64,000 bases of DNA from Octopus vulgaris (taxonomy: Eukaryota): assembly GCA_951406725.2 (NCBI GenBank), contig OX597836.1, positions 40,486,001 to 40,550,000 on the forward strand, read 5' to 3'. Shown here piece by piece: positions 1-12,302 of this stretch; positions within the stretch are counted from its first letter, which is position 1, and every line of letters begins with the position of its first letter. A program made the translations under genes and the position numbers. The notes under the pieces are model-generated. The model was not told the DNA's origin. It saw nothing but the letters and a program-made list of their open reading frames with translations, and ran no database searches.

Positions 1-151
1 AGCAGGGTTTGCCACCATCCCCTGCTGTCGCCTCGTGGAGCTTTAGGTGTTTTTGCTCAACAAACACTCACAATGTCTGGTCTGGGGATCAAAATCGCGA
101 TCCTACGACCACGAGTCCGCTGCCCTAACCACTGGGCCATTGCGCCTCCAC
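1..151 (-). mobile_element. SINE family A (tRNA-derived head), cut by window edge
   Basis: Reverse complement starts GTGGAGGCGCAATGGCCCAGTGGTTAGGGCAGCGGACTCG with A-box/B-box-like motifs; same head at 10871, 11938, 15181 and 52172. Confidence 0.85.
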
Positions 152-536
152 ATTTATATGTATATGTTTGTATGTATACGAGCGTGTATGTGTTAGAAAT
201 AGAAGGGAGAGAGAGGAGATAGATAGATCGAGAGAGAGAGAGAGACATATAGTGTGAGAGAAGAGGAGGGAGAGTGAAATGGAAAGACGATGTATGACGA
301 AGAAGGCGGTATATAATAACTAAATGACCAGCAGCGAAGACCTAGTTATTAACTAGGTTCAACGACTCGCGTCAGCAATAAGCGTCAATAAAAAGTTTCA
401 GTAACAATATTTAGTTGTTAAGATCAATATCCAAAGTGTCTTTCTTAGAAAATCGGTTTCCCAACATGCAATTAACCATTCTTTAATTATGTATTTACAG
501 AAATTATAAAAAATAATCTTAAGGTTGGCGTTAATG

Positions 537-786
537 CGTCTAGCTGGTAGAATCGCTGTCGCCCGAGGAAATATTCTTAGCGACATTTCTTCTGACATTG
601 CGTTCTGAGTTCAAATGCTGCCAGGGTCAACTTTACCTTTTATCCTTTCAGGGTCGATAAAATAAGTACCAGTTACGCACTGGGATCGATATAATCGACT
701 TAATCCGTTTGTCTGTCCTTGTTTGTCCCCTCTGTGTTTAGCCCCTTATGGGTAGTAAAGAAATAGGTATTTCGTCTGCCGTTACG
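537..786 (+). mobile_element. SINE family B, diverged copy
   Basis: Matches the family body GTCGACTTTGCCTTTCATCCTTTCGGGGTCGATAAATTAAGTACCAG...GTAAAGAAATAGGTATTTCG seen in many copies in the window. Confidence 0.8.
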
Positions 787-882
787 TGTGTGTGTCTGTA
801 TGTATATATATATATACGCCATGATAAATCGTTAGCCACTACACCCATTTTTTCTCTCCGTGTTTCTCTCCTTGTTTTCTGT

Positions 883-924
883 GTCCCTTTCTGTAGAAGA
901 GCGTAGGCTCGAAACGTAAAAGAC
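883..924 (+). ncRNA. Minimal type I hammerhead-like motif inside a ~200 bp element (about 817-1017) between (TA)n tracts
   Basis: cttt-CTGTAGA-A-GAGC gtag GCTC-GAAA-CG-TA-aaag: stems I and II pair, stem III is palindromic ACGT; core differs at A6. Confidence 0.5.
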
Positions 925-1013
925 TTTTTCTATTCCTGAGCGTTATACTAATACATCTGTTTATTTTGTACACCACCCGTTTTCGTCTTTTGTTTTTTTT
1001 TTCCGTAAACTCT

Positions 1014-1056
<43 letters not shown>

Positions 1057-1347
1057 TTATGTAAATGGGTGGGCGAGTATTTACCCAAACCTTGTCCATT
1101 ATCTTCTAACATATGTCTATATTAATATATTTATAAGTGGTAATATTGAGAGTTTCTAAGAAGACAAAAGCTTTGGGGGAGTTCCCTGTGTTTATATAAG
1201 GCGTTAGACTATAGACGTACTAAAGTGTGTAATATGAGACCCAAAGCTGTCTGTTTGTCATCCGAGAAAGTACAGACTTTGCTACCCGTATATTTGCATA
1301 AAATCAATGTAATTTTCCATATATATGCATATATCTATGTTGATATT

Positions 1348-1592
1348 GGCTCAGGCGTGGCTATGTGGATTAGAAGTTTCCTTACTAACCACATGGTTAT
1401 GGGTTCAGTTCCAATGCGTAGCACTTTGAGCAAGTGTCTTCTACTATAGCCCTACGCCGACCAAAGACTTGTGAGTGGATTTGTTAGACGGAAACTAAAA
1501 GAAGCCCATCATGTATGTGTGTGGGGGGTGAATACATTTGTGTTAATCCCCCACCACCACCACCACTTCACAACTGGTATTGGTTTGCTTAC
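1348..1592 (+). mobile_element. SINE family C, diverged 5' part
   Basis: GGCTCAGGCGTGGCTATGTGG...GGTTCAGTTCC...TTGAGCAAGTGTCTTCTACTATAGCC...GACGGAAACTAAAAGAAGCCC. Confidence 0.75.
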
Positions 1593-1989
1593 ATTAAAGG
1601 TGATGGCAAGTGAAATAATTTGTGGGGAGGGACTAAGTTTTTTCCTCCGTTACTTAGCCCGTCTGTAACGCTTTCACATGATTAGTTGAAGGGGAAAGCG
1701 AAGAGTGAAAGAGAAAGGAGAGAGAAAAGAGGATAAGGCGAAGAGTGAGAGAAAGAGTCTATAAAATTGTGCATAAAGTATATAAAATGTATACATAAAG
1801 TTCATTAAGTAATCAACGTATTCTAATTTCCTTCATTTTCAATGATTAGCACATGAGCGACTATCTTTTGATAAAGACACAACACTTTAATTATCAATTC
1901 TGGTAAAGAGAAGCAAGGTAAACAGTACGTTATTTGACATTATGGAAACAGACATGTTTCGCTCTTATTAGCTCTCTTTAGTGACGTAT

Positions 1990-2502
1990 ATAATAAATAA
2001 ATGCGCCCTTTTAAAGCCTAGCCAGGCTCATGGGCCCGGTTTCCCGGATTCTATGGCGTATGTGTTCCCCAGCTGGACGGGATGCCAGTCCATCGCAGCG
2101 TTACTCATTTTTGCCAGCTGAGTGGACTGGAGCAACGTGAAATGAAGTGTTTTGCTCAAGAAAAACAACACATCGCCCGGTCCAGGAATCGAAACCACAA
2201 TCTCACGACCATGTTGCTGACACCCTAACCACTAAGCCACGCGTCTCCACATCTAGCCCTTTTACAAAGCCTAGTCAGGCTCATGAGCCCAGTTTCCCGG
2301 TGGCTATGGCGTATGTGTTCCCCAGCTGGACGGGACGCTAGTCCATCGCAGCGTTACTCATTTTTGCCAGCTGAGTGAACTGGAGCAACGTGAAATGAAG
2401 TGTTTTGCTCAAGAACACAACGCGTCGCCCGGTCCAGGAATCGAAACCACAATCTTACGATCATGATTCTGACACCCTAACCACTAAGCCACGCGCCTCC
2501 AC
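1990..2502 (-). mobile_element. Tandem dimer of SINE family D
   Basis: Two head-to-tail ~250 bp copies (about 1995-2250 and 2255-2502); head GTGGAGGCGCGTGGCTTAGTGGTTAGGG; flanked by TTAGTGA at 1978-1984 and 2503-2509 (TSD). Confidence 0.85.
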
Positions 2503-2761
2503 TTAGTGATACCAATTCGTAGTACCGCCTTAACGTATAGACACACTTCGCAGTTAGCCCGTGGACCTCTGGCATTTAAAGGACCTAAAAATGATCCATG
2601 CGTGTTTTGTCCTCATTGTGGTTTCTCGGTAGGTCACGTGCTGTTTTAATAAGTCATGCTCACATCCATATTGCTTTTGATGGCCTGAGCACTCACGAGA
2701 GGAGTCACGTGGTAAAGTGAACGGTAGTAGTAGTAGTAGTAATGTATGTTGATGTTTTCCA

Positions 2762-3149
2762 ACACAGAGAGGACAAACAAGGACAGACAACCGGATTAAG
2801 TCGATTACATCGACCCCAGTGCGTAACTGGTACTTATTTAATCGACCCCGAAAGGATGAAGGAAAAAGTCGACCTCGGCGGAAATTGAACTCAGAATGTA
2901 ACGGCAGACGAAATACCTATTCCTTTATTACCCACAAGGGGCTTAACATAGAGGGGACAAACAAGGACAGACATAGGTATTAAGTTGATTATATCGACCC
3001 CAGTGCGTAGCTGGTACTTTATTTATCGACCCCGAAAGGATGAAAGGCAAAGTCGACCTCTGCGGAATTTGAACTCAGAATGTAACGGCAGACGAAATAC
3101 CGCTAAGCATTTCACCCGGCGTGTTAGCGTTCCTGCCAGCTCGCCGCCC
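2762..3149 (-). mobile_element. SINE family B, 2-unit tandem
   Basis: One head (GGCGGCGAGCTGGCAG) followed by two body units. Confidence 0.85.
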
Positions 3150-3569
3150 TGGTTCCGACAAACCCATTACATTATATATAGTCGGAACGGTTCTCCAACG
3201 GATCTTTGACGATAAACATTTTCACTTACGCACGAAAACAAATATTAGGATGACGTAATCAAACAATCATTAATAGTTTATATCAATTAGACAGAGTATA
3301 CTATCAAATATTAAAATGAAAATATTATAAATTGAGAATATTTTTCTGAAATATACTTCATTTAATTCGACGTTCATATTTGTTGCTTTATTAATATTGT
3401 CAATAATTAAGTTATGCTAATTTAAAATTTCCATGTTTAAACTTACATCATTTGAAAGAGTGAAAATGTCCTTTTCAATTTACATAAGTGATTAAATAAA
3501 CGGAAATACTGCTTAATCAATAAATACGCTCCGTCTTTAAATTAAGCGCCAACAGCGTGCGTTCGTCAA

Positions 3570-3619
<50 letters not shown>

Positions 3620-3863
3620 CCTACCTACCTATCTACCTATATATCTATCTATCTATCTATCTATCTACCTACCTACCTACCTACCTACCTGTATATCTAT
3701 CTATCTATCTATCTACCTACCTACCTACATACCTACCTATCTACCTACCTACCATCTATCTATATATCTATCTATCTATCTACCTACCTACCTACCTACC
3801 CACCTACCTACCTATATATCTATCTATCTATCTACCTACATACCTACCTACCTATATACCTAC

Positions 3864-3894
<31 letters not shown>

Positions 3895-3990
3895 CCTACC
3901 TATCTACCTACCTATCTATCTATCTATCTATCTACCTATCTACCTACCTACTACCTACCTACCTACCTATCTTTCTATCTATCTATCCAT
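3570..3990. repeat. (TCTA)n/(CCTA)n microsatellite
   Basis: Seen directly. Confidence 0.95.
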
Positions 3991-4022
3991 AGACATACAT
4001 ATATTTATATATACGTATGTAT

Positions 4023-4057
<35 letters not shown>

Positions 4058-4419
4058 AATATATATATATACACATACATACACACGCATACATACATAT
4101 ATACATACATGCATGCATATAAGTATATGCAATGTAAGTTGCTTAACTGCTAAAAGCATTCAATAAATTTTCTATGAAAATGTTTTCATTAAAAAGTTTT
4201 GAATTATTGATTCTTTTTATAAAAAAACTCCCCTATATAACTAATAGCACACACACACATTACTGTATGTATGTATGTATGTATGTATGTATAATCATAT
4301 TGATCGTATACCTTAATACATTATTACAAACACACACATACGTGTATATATGTACGCATGTTTATGTATGTATGTTCGTTGTAGATATGTATATTCGGAC
4401 ATATAAGCACATATATACC

Positions 4420-4423
4420 GGTT

Positions 4424-4464
<41 letters not shown>

Positions 4465-4612
4465 CATATATTATGTACACACACACATATATGTATATAT
4501 ATATGTGTGTGTATATATGTACGCATATGCATACAGACACATATTATCTCTGCCCAACATACAGACATTCAGATCGCACGAGAAGATACAAATGTATTCA
4601 CAAACACACGCA

Positions 4613-4652
<40 letters not shown>

Positions 4653-4764
4653 CGCACTCGCGCACACATACACACGCACACACACATACATATTTATATA
4701 CGTACACACATGCATATCTATGTGTGTGTATTTATATGTATGTAAGTACGTGTATGTATGTATG

Positions 4765-4798
<34 letters not shown>

Positions 4799-4822
4799 TA
4801 TATATATAAGTATATATATACG

Positions 4823-4899
<77 letters not shown>

Positions 4900-4944
4900 G
4901 TATGTATGTATGTATATATATATACATATATATATATATACATG

Positions 4945-4977
<33 letters not shown>

Positions 4978-4993
4978 GCACACACACGAATGT

Positions 4994-5040
<47 letters not shown>

Positions 5041-5055
5041 CACACACACACACGA
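4420..5055. repeat. (CA)n/(TA)n/(TATG)n microsatellite mosaic
   Basis: Seen directly. Confidence 0.9.
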
Positions 5056-5395
5056 ATATATTAATTCGGAGTCTATTGTGATAGCAAAATCAATATCTCA
5101 CCACAGGATATTACATAGATATAATGAACTATCCAAACAATGGACTCTCCCCATAATGGAAGAAGCCTAGTATCAAAATGACCATATTTTGGTGATTAAA
5201 CTGTTTGCAAATCGTCAAATACGCATTTAATGACAACGGCGAAGTCATATCGATTGTTATACGGGCTTTCGGTACGAGTACACTCACAGAAACACGCATA
5301 GGGAGAAACGGTTACACTTGCACACATTGGTAGACATGTGTTCACACCATGTGCCCATGTGTCTGTTTCTCTGTCTGTCTGTATGTCTGTCTATC

Positions 5396-5426
<31 letters not shown>

Positions 5427-5612
5427 CTATTTGTTTCTCTGTCTGTTTCTCTGCTTTGCTTCTCTCTGTAGTTGCATACATTTCTCCTCTTCAGCACCAG
5501 AGACCATGAAGATAACCACTCCCGAACAGATCATGCAATGCACCCGCCGGTCTGTTAGGGAAAACTGCAAACTGATTTGGTGTGTTTACACCAGCATGTC
5601 TATAGCAAGAAA

Positions 5613-5737
5613 TATTCTTTGTAAGCCTAGTACTTATTCTATCGGTCTATTTTGCCGAATCGCTAAATTACGGGGACGTAAGCACACCAGCATCGGTTGT
5701 CAAGCGATAGTGGGGGAGACAAACACAGACACAAAAG

Positions 5738-5807
<70 letters not shown>

Positions 5808-5969
5808 CGACAGGTTTCTTTCAGTTTCCGTCTACCAAATCCACTCACAAGGCTTTGGTCGGCCCGAGGCTATAGTAGAAGGCACTTGCCCGAGGTTCCA
5901 CGCAGTGGGACTGAACCCGGAACCATGTGGTTGGTAAGCAAGCTACTTACCACACAGCCACTCCTGCGC
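5613..5969 (-). mobile_element. SINE family C, 3'-truncated, with internal (TA)n(TG)n
   Basis: Head GCGCAGGAGTGGCTGTGTGGTAAG...GGTTCAGTCCC on minus strand. Confidence 0.85.
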
Positions 5970-6180
5970 ATACAAATCTATATATACACATCTCGACATG
6001 CACCTATGCGCACCAAACTCATAGCCAAAGCTGTCTCATACAGTACATATGTATACGTATAGATATACATACGCACAAACTTATACACACACACATTTAT
6101 ATGCATGTGAGTATCACGTATATATGTGTATGTATGTGGACATATACATATTCTTCATGCATCGTTATGCATATTCATGT

Positions 6181-6237
<57 letters not shown>

Positions 6238-6486
6238 ATTGAAAATGCGATTATTGTTCTTTTGTATGGCTGTGTTTATTTGTGTATATGTATATGTATA
6301 TGCTTATTTATGTATGAGTAGATGTGCGCATGCTTACATATGTGTTGCTTACATGTATGTGTAAGCATGTATACAAACGTGGATATGACTGCGTATATAT
6401 ATGTTCGCGCATGTGTGTAAATGACTGCGTGCATGTCAACGGCAGGAAGTATGCCGAAACCCGTGTATATAACACGTACACACATA

Positions 6487-6655
6487 TTCCTATTTCTTTA
6501 TTACTCACAAGGGGCTAAACATAGAGGGAACAAACAAAGACAGACATGGGTATTAAGTCGATTACATCGACCCCAGTGCGTAAGTGGTACTTAATTTATC
6601 GACCCCGAAAGGATGAAAGGCAAAGTCGACCTCGGCGGAATTTGAACTCACAACG
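6487..6655 (-). mobile_element. SINE family B body
   Basis: Matches the family body. Confidence 0.85.
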
Positions 6656-7252
6656 TACACACATATTCTGAGGCACCGCCCCCACAGACACACGCATACG
6701 CATACACACAGACGCACAGGCATTTCTATATATGCGCGTATATCTTTAAGAGTGTACGAGCACCGATTCGTATATACCAACATGTTTCCTTATGAGCGTA
6801 CATGTGAATATATAATTACATGAGCTTACGCGTGCATACACGCGTGTATATATATATATGTCTATGTATCTGTGCAAGTGTGTGAATGCGCGTGTGCAAA
6901 ACGTATTTTTAATTATGCTGTTTTTCAGTACAATTCTATATATTTTCTCCATTTATAGGTGGCGCCATCGATAATGTAGCTACTGAAGCATAGTGTTTCT
7001 TTTTGTCAGTAACCTAGCAACGGAAATCTATCGATTTCTCCATCTTTTATTTTTGGTAATTACTTTAATTGATTGCCAGGTTTACAGTGTTAAGATGTCG
7101 CTGTCGTATCGACTTTTACTTTGATTTCCTCTCCTCAAGTGTTCACCTGCGCCTAATTATCTTACAAACAGTACGGCATAACGGACATCTAAGTGTTCCG
7201 ATAAGTTCCACTCAAGGTCTTGAATCTGCTTGAATATTATCACTCAATCTTT

Positions 7253-8218
7253 GCGAGCTGGCAGAATCGTTAGCACCCCGGGCGAAATGCTTTGTGGTAT
7301 TTCGTCCGCCTCTGCGTTCTGAGTTAAAATTCCGCCGAGGTCGACTTTGTCTTTCATCCTTTCGGGGCCGTTAAATTAAGTACCAGTTACGGACTGGGGT
7401 CGATATAATCGACTTAATCCGTTTGTCTGTCCTTGTTTGTCCTCTCTGTGTTTAGCCCCTTTTGGGTAGTAAAGAAATAGGTATTTCGTCTTTATGTTCT
7501 GAGTTCAAATTCCGCCGAGGTCGACTTCTGCCTTTCATCCTTTCGGGGTCGATAAATTAAGTACCAGTTACGGACTGGGGTCGATATAATCGACTTAATC
7601 CGTTTGTCTGTCCTTGTTTGTCCTCTCTGTGTCTAGCCCCATGTGGGTAGTAAAGAAATAGAAATAGGTATTTTGTCTGCCGCTACGTTTTGAGTTCGAA
7701 TTCCGCCGAGGTCGACTTTTTCCTTTCATCCTTTCGGGGTCGATAAATTAAGTACCAGTTACGGACTGGGGTCGATATAATCGACTTAATCCGTTTGTCT
7801 GTCCTTGTTTGTCCTCTTTGTGTTTAGCCCCTTGTGGGCAATAAAGAAATAGGTATTTCGTCTTTACGTTCTGAGTTCAAATTCCGCCGAGGTCGACTTC
7901 TGCCTTTCATCCTTTCGGGGTCGATTAATTAAGTACCAGTTACGGACTGGGGTCGATGTAATCGACTTAATCCCTTTGTCTGACCTTGTTTGTCCTCTCT
8001 GTGTTTAGCCCCTTGTGAGTAGTAAAGAAATAGGTATTTCGTCTGCCGCTACGTTCTGAGTTCAAATTCCGCCGAGGTCGACTTTTCCTTTCGTCTTTTC
8101 GGGGTCGATTAAATAAGTACCAGTTACGCATTGGGGTCGATGTAATCGACTTAATCCCTTTGTCTGTCCTTGTTTGTCCCCTCTGTGTTTAGCTCCTTGT
8201 GGGTAGTAAAGAAACAGG
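7253..8218 (+). mobile_element. SINE family B tandem array: one head plus 5 body units of ~180-185 bp
   Basis: Units restart at GGTATTT near 7296, 7480, 7667, 7852 and 8033. Confidence 0.9.
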
Positions 8219-8412
8219 TTATCAGAACCATAATTCCTGTATTTAGTTACTCGGTAAATGCTGCTGTTATGCCGTGCTCATTTTCGACGTAACTGGTGGC
8301 TGGTTTTATTATGTCCGATCAGGACAACCACGGAAACTGCCGAAAGAATGAACCAGTTTTTCACCGTTTTTCGAATACGAACAGGAAAATTACATTGTGT
8401 AACAAAATATTT

Positions 8413-8725
8413 GTGGAGGCACATGGCCTAATGGTTAGAGCAGCGGACTCGCGGTCGAGGGATCGCGGGTTCGAATCTCAGACCGGGTGATGTGTGTGTT
8501 TATGAGCAAAACACCTAAGCTCTACGCGGCTCCAGCAGGAGGTAATGGCGAACTTCTGCTGACTCTTTCGCTACAACTTTTTCTCACTCTTCCTGCATCT
8601 AGCAGCTCACCTGCGATGGACCGGCGTCCCATCCAGGTGGGGTACCACCTATACGCCAATGAAACCGGGAAATCGGCCCATTATGAGCCAGGCATGAGCC
8701 GAAATGTTGTGGAAACAACAAACAA
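8413..8725 (+). mobile_element. SINE family A with a D-like tail
   Basis: Family A head and body, then GCGATGGACCGGCGTCCCATCCAGG...GAAACCGGGAAATCGGCCC. Confidence 0.75.
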
Positions 8726-9021
8726 GATGAGGACACGCATTTGTCCAATGTAAATAATGTACACGCACTATATCTTTGTTTCTCACTCGTTTATTACTGT
8801 TAACTCCTGTCCATTGTCCGGAAATCTTTCGTCACACATCTGTGACCTCTTCATCGATACTTTTCGTTTCCGTGTGTGCTCTTGCTCCACTTACTTCATG
8901 CGCATGCGTTTGGTTCCGTGTTTGTATGTATGTGTGTGTGTGTGTGTGTGTGCATGTATGTGTATGTGTGTGCTCTTCATTAGTTCACATTAGTCTTCAT
9001 TAATCTTCATTAGTCTTCATT

Positions 9022-9093
9022 AGATATAGAAGAACGTCAAAAATATCTTGGACGATGTTTCGTCCAAGATATTTTTAACGTTCTTCTATATCT
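9022..9093. repeat. Near-perfect 34-bp-arm palindrome
   Basis: AGATATAGAAGAACGTCAAAAATATCTTGGACGA-tgtt-TCGTCCAAGATATTTTTAACGTTCTTCTATATCT, one mismatch. Confidence 0.9.
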
Positions 9094-9152
9094 TTTATAA
9101 GAAATACTAAATTTCTAAATCACTCGTAGAGACATGTACGGTGGTGGGGCGA

Positions 9153-9513
9153 TAGAATGGTTGTATACTGTCAATCTAACACGAACTTGACAGTACACCA
9201 CCGCTGTATAGCCCTAGGAAGCATCGACGCCTCCTGATGGCTTTGACACATTTTTCCCTGTGTCCTTATATACATTTACGAAGAGGAGACAAACACCTTA
9301 GGCCGATGAAGGACAATGATCCTGAAACACGTGTCCCTAGATGCAGTTCCGGCGGCCGGGAGTGTTTGTCTCCCCTTCGTAAATGTATATAAGGACACAG
9401 GGGAAAATGTGTCAAAGCCATCAGGAGGCGTTCGATGCCTCCTAGGGCTATACAGCGGTGGTGTACCCCCCTACTGTCACGTTCGTGTTAGATTGATAGT
9501 ATACAACCATTCT
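9153..9513. mobile_element. Fold-back element (~145 bp inverted arms) with a hammerhead motif in the spacer; Penelope-like structure
   Basis: About 9153-9296 is the reverse complement of about 9362-9513; partial second copy at 9780-9857 and 10215-10342. Confidence 0.7.
9298..9340 (+). ncRNA. Minimal type I hammerhead ribozyme motif (U4C variant)
   Basis: ttagg-CCGATGA-AGGA caatga TCCT-GAAA-CACGTG-TC-cctag; palindromic stem III ACACGTGT, GUC site. Confidence 0.7.
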
Positions 9514-9529
9514 ATATCTTTTATGTTTT

Positions 9530-9670
9530 ACCTTTTACTTTTTCCAGCTGAGTGAACTGGAGCGGTGCGAAATAGAGTGACTTGCTCAAGGACACAACGC
9601 GTTGCCGGGAATTGAACTCACGAGGTTCAGATCGTGAGCCGAATACCCTAACCACTAGGCCATGCGCCTC
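9530..9670 (-). mobile_element. SINE D/E-related, diverged 5' half
   Basis: tRNA-like head plus TCCTTGAGCAAGTCACT core on minus strand. Confidence 0.65.
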
Positions 9671-9871
9671 TCCACCGTGTAAGAAATATTAGGTGGTTGA
9701 CCAAGTTTTAGCGCTGCCTGCTTTTAAGCTCGACGTTTCGTGCCCATATTCCATTTTGCTGAAGAAATATTATTCTTTAATAAGAAATATTGAATTTCTA
9801 AATCTCTCGTAGAGACATGTACGGTGGTGGGGCGATAGAATGGTAGTATACTGTCAATGGAAGTATACTGT

Positions 9872-10205
9872 CACATTTTGCGGTGCAGTTTAACCAAAAC
9901 CGGGTATCTTTTAGTCGTGATTCATATCGAGCCCTTCTGGGTATTAGCGCGCGTCTACGATGAGTCTACGATTTCAAAAAAATATTTACCATCAATTTTT
10001 CCCATTTTTAATGCATTTTTGGCATATATAAGGGAAGTAACTCTCTAAAAATTTATTATTAAATCTCAGAACGTAAAAAGCTACAGTAACACCCCCACCC
10101 TTTGTGGTTAGCCATATTGAGATGGCTATTATACTTTACATCTCTAAAAATGCTTATATATTTATTTCCCTTACAAACCCGAGCAACGCCGGGCGATACT
10201 GCTAG
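9872..10205 (+). mobile_element. Non-autonomous Helitron, 5'-truncated
   Basis: 3' hairpin CCCGAGCAACGCCGGG then CTAG|T; homologous to 28389-28784. Confidence 0.75.
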
Positions 10206-10672
10206 TATATATATATATATAAGGACACAGGGAAAAATGTGTCAAAGCCATCAGGAGGCGTTCGATGCTTCCTATGGCTATATAGCGGTGGTGTACCTCC
10301 TACTGTCACGTTCTTGTTAGATTGACAGTATACAACCATTCTATTTATTCTTTAAATTTCGGGAGGTGAACTATCCACCAAGCAAGTCTATTTGATCTGA
10401 GGCCGTGTGTTCAACACTGCAATCGTTATATTTATCCAAATTTTCATAACTTAACGATGTTCATCTTTGTGGCGTTATTGACACTGTTCAGTAATTGCAT
10501 AAAACTAATTTAAAACTTGAGCGCTTAATCTTACATCGTTTAAAAGAGTAAAACATTTTTTCTATGCTTATAGAGAGAGTCTTAAATAATTAAATAAGCG
10601 GGGTAAAATGGCTTTCAATCATCTGTAAGCTCTTATCTTTAAATTAAGTAACATCACCAAACACATACGTAC

Positions 10673-10747
<75 letters not shown>

Positions 10748-10870
10748 TGTATGTATGTATGTATGCCTGTATGTATGTATATATGAGTGTGTGTGCGTGT
10801 ACACACACACACACATGTACATATATGTCTATATGTACCTATGTATATACATATAAATCCATCTACATGT

Positions 10871-11164
10871 GTGGAGGCGCAATGGCCCAGTGGTTAGGGC
10901 AGCGGACTCGCAGTCGTAGGATCGCGGTTTCGATTCCCAGACCGGGCGTTGTGAGTGAAACACCTAAAAGCTCCACGAGGCTCCGGCAGAGGGTTGGTGG
11001 CGATCCCTGCTGTACTCTTTCGCCGCAACTTTCTCTCACACTTTCTTCTGTTGGCCTGCTCGCTTAGCTCGCGAGTTGGCGTCATTTGAAGGCTAAAACA
11101 ATGCGAAGCGCATTGTGACCAGCGATGTGTAGCAACATCTGATAGCCTGGTTGGTCACGGTGAT
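10871..11164 (+). mobile_element. SINE family A, full-length
   Basis: Head through tail ...CATCTGATAGCCTGGTTGGTCACGGTGAT. Confidence 0.85.
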
Positions 11165-11175
11165 ATATATATTTA

Positions 11176-11225
<50 letters not shown>

Positions 11226-11735
11226 TATACATATATATATATACACACATGATTTTATATTGCGTCTAACTACCTTTATTATTTTATATCTGTGTGTGTG
11301 TGTGTGTGTGTCTTTGATGTATAAAAAAAAAGGTCCTTAGTCAATTCTATATTTGCACATATATAATAAACTCTTCTATGAATTCAATATATTTTATTAT
11401 GCAAACGTTGAAATGCAGGATGGAGGCAAAATTACATTTAAATATTTCTACATACCGTATTTGCCGTTGTATAAATCGCTCTTTTTTTATTCTTAAATGA
11501 ACCAAAAATTTGTCATCCATCAAATGCGACTGAATAACGGATAGGTTACGAAGCGCATGGATGTAAAATTAAATATATTAAACTTGTTTTTTTCCCAACA
11601 AAAAGGTAGGGCTTTTGTCTTATGCGAGCGTGTGTCTTCTACAGCGTTAAATACGGCACCTCGACAATCACATCCATATATACACATATATACATATCAT
11701 CGTGTTACACAGTAACACATACATGTACAATTATA

Positions 11736-11834
<99 letters not shown>

Positions 11835-11937
11835 CCTGTATGTATGGTATATATGAGTGTGTGTGCGTGTACACACACACACAGTATGTACATATATGTA
11901 TATATGTACCTATGTATATACATATAAATATCTATGT

Positions 11938-12231
11938 GTGGAGGCGCAATGGCCCAGTGGTTAGGGCAACGGACTCGCAGTCGTAGGATCGCGGTTTTAT
12001 TCCCAGACCGGGCGTTGTGAGTGAAACACCTAAAAGCTCCACGAGGCTCCGGCAGAGGTTTGTCGGCGATCCCTGTAGTTACTCTTTCGCCGCAACTTTC
12101 TCTCACACTTTCTTCTGTTGGCCTGCTCGCTTAGCTCGCGAGTTGGCGTCATTTGAAGGCTAAAACAATGCGAAGCGCATTGTGACCAGCGATGTGTAGC
12201 AACATCTGATAGCCTGGTTGGTCACGGTGAT
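11938..12231 (+). mobile_element. SINE family A, duplicated copy
   Basis: As 10871-11164, with small indels. Confidence 0.85.
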
Positions 12232-12246
12232 ATATATATTTACTTA

Positions 12247-12302
<56 letters not shown>

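Noticed and set aside
5494-5580. Possible exon after TTTCTCCTCTTCAG (MKITTPEQIMQC...)
   Set aside because: No recognisable homology, weak donor and no partner exons.
6950-6968. CTCF-like AGGTGGCGC
   Set aside because: The 5' half of the motif does not match; a single partial hit is expected by chance.
7253-8218. CRISPR-like regular array
   Set aside because: Units are contiguous SINE bodies with no unique spacers; eukaryotic context and no cas genes.
10871-10945. tRNA gene (also at the other SINE heads)
   Set aside because: A/B boxes are present, but the sequence continues into a SINE body with no clean acceptor stem or terminator.
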